Below are positions 31,442 through 32,000 of a stretch of DNA of 32,000 bases, one piece after another (the first letter of the stretch is position 1; the number at the start of each line of letters is the position of its first letter). The notes under the pieces are model-generated. The model did no database searches, was not told where the DNA came from, and saw only the letters and a list, made by a program, of their open reading frames with translations. This DNA comes from Dissulfurirhabdus thermomarina (GTDB taxonomy: Bacteria > Desulfobacterota > Dissulfuribacteria > Dissulfuribacterales > Dissulfurirhabdaceae): the NCBI RefSeq assembly GCF_012979235.1, contig NZ_JAATWC010000004.1, forward strand, positions 137,243 to 169,242. Direction: 5' to 3'. A program made the position numbers and the translations under genes.

Positions 31442-31466
31442 CACCGGAAGCCCCGCCGTCTATCTT
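31438..31466 (+). promoter_or_regulatory. Putative sigma70-type promoter of rho
   Basis: TTGACA (31438-31443, overlapping the methyltransferase stop), a 17-nt spacer, then TATCTT (31461-31466). It would give a leader of about 300 nt. Confidence 0.45.
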
Positions 31467-31769
31467 GTGCGTGTCCGGACCGATATACCCCTGGTGCGGA
31501 CATCCACTGCTCGAAACTGAGACCTGAGGTCCCTCCCAGGCGATTTCTTTTTCCAACAGTCCTGATCGGTCCAGGACCCTCCCGCGGGGGGCACCTCTTC
31601 GCGACACGCAGTCTCCGCCGTTACCTATCGTGAACCATCGAACCCCCACCGGTCCTTCCGCCCGCCCGGAAGGCCGGCAAGACTGAACCCATCCCGGCGG
31701 CGGCCGCACGCCGCCGGGAGTCCATTCCACCCGCCAGCCGAATCCCCGCGCCGGCAAAGGGACGAACTC

Positions 31770-32000
31770 ATGCCACGAAGACCCAAGGACCGAAACGCCA
31801 ACCGAACGGAAAACAAGGGCCACAAGACCGCCTCCGGGGGCTCGAAGGAACCCAGCCCCGCGGCGCAGACACCGCTGAACCTGGCCGAGCTCAAGAAGAA
31901 GCAGGTTTCCGAGCTCTACCAGATCGCCAAGGACCTCGGTGTCGAATCCGCCAGCGGCCTCCGCAAGCAAGAACTCATCTTCTCCATCCTCCAGGCCCAG
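31770..32000 (+). CDS. rho: Transcription termination factor Rho (5' partial, runs off the window)
   Basis: Not in the ORF track because it has no stop in the window. ATG 31770 opens MPRRPKDRNANRTENKG...LNLAELKKKQVSELYQIAKDLGVESASGLRKQELIFSILQAQ, the Rho N-terminal helix-bundle signature preceded by a basic insertion. Confidence 0.9.
   Translation, partial: MPRRPKDRNANRTENKGHKTASGGSKEPSPAAQTPLNLAELKKKQVSELYQIAKDLGVESASGLRKQELIFSILQAQ

Noticed and set aside
1-32000. tRNA, rRNA or other known structured RNA genes
   Set aside because: By eye I found no cloverleaf-compatible or rRNA-like segments in the intergenic regions. These regions are largely accounted for by repeats, promoters, terminators and leaders. 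A covariance-model scan would be needed for certainty.

Overview
High-GC (about 70% by eye) bacterial chromosomal segment, gene-dense, with 33 supportable protein-coding genes and no rRNA, tRNA or CRISPR array. The gene content points to an anaerobic sulfur-cycling bacterium of the Desulfobacterota type. It resembles thermophilic sulfur disproportionators, but that assignment is an inference only.

Gene blocks, in order:
- 1-4982 (+): five translationally coupled genes. They encode a dehydratase-like protein, a BcrAD/BadFG-type activase ATPase, a CrtI-like flavoprotein, an LpxL-family acyltransferase and a B12-binding radical SAM enzyme. This looks like a lipid-tailoring cluster.
- 5378-6256 (-): an outer-membrane beta-barrel protein.
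- 6488-9836 (-): an operon of an 11-heme c-type cytochrome followed by two periplasmic tandem-rhodanese proteins. The cytochrome is interrupted by one in-frame TGA with a SECIS-like hairpin just downstream. The operon sits behind a strikingly AT-rich promoter island and is divergent from an XRE-HTH regulator with a 9-Cys C-terminal domain.
- 10738-17430: housekeeping and stress genes (HAD hydrolase, CDF-like transporter, DUF948/YtxH pair, NAD kinase, double M16 peptidase).
- 17961-20431 (+): a complete five-gene YeeE-TusA-DsrE-chp1-chp2 ('YTD') sulfur-trafficking cluster with a structured leader.
- 20583-32000: nitroreductase, lipoprotein, CoaBC, an HExxH protein, an FmdB zinc ribbon, an HDOD protein, a P-type ATPase coupled to a J-domain protein, PanE, a RumA-like RNA methyltransferase and the 5' end of rho.

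Seven intergenic loci carry copies of one modular, mosaic repeat family of about 40-320 bp. The copies have GATGGCC / GATGGCG inverted termini and hairpin cassettes.

The most interesting items are the possible selenocysteine recoding in the cytochrome-rhodanese module, the mosaic repeat family, and the two sulfur clusters. Most of the other long ORFs in the six-frame track are high-GC shadow ORFs.
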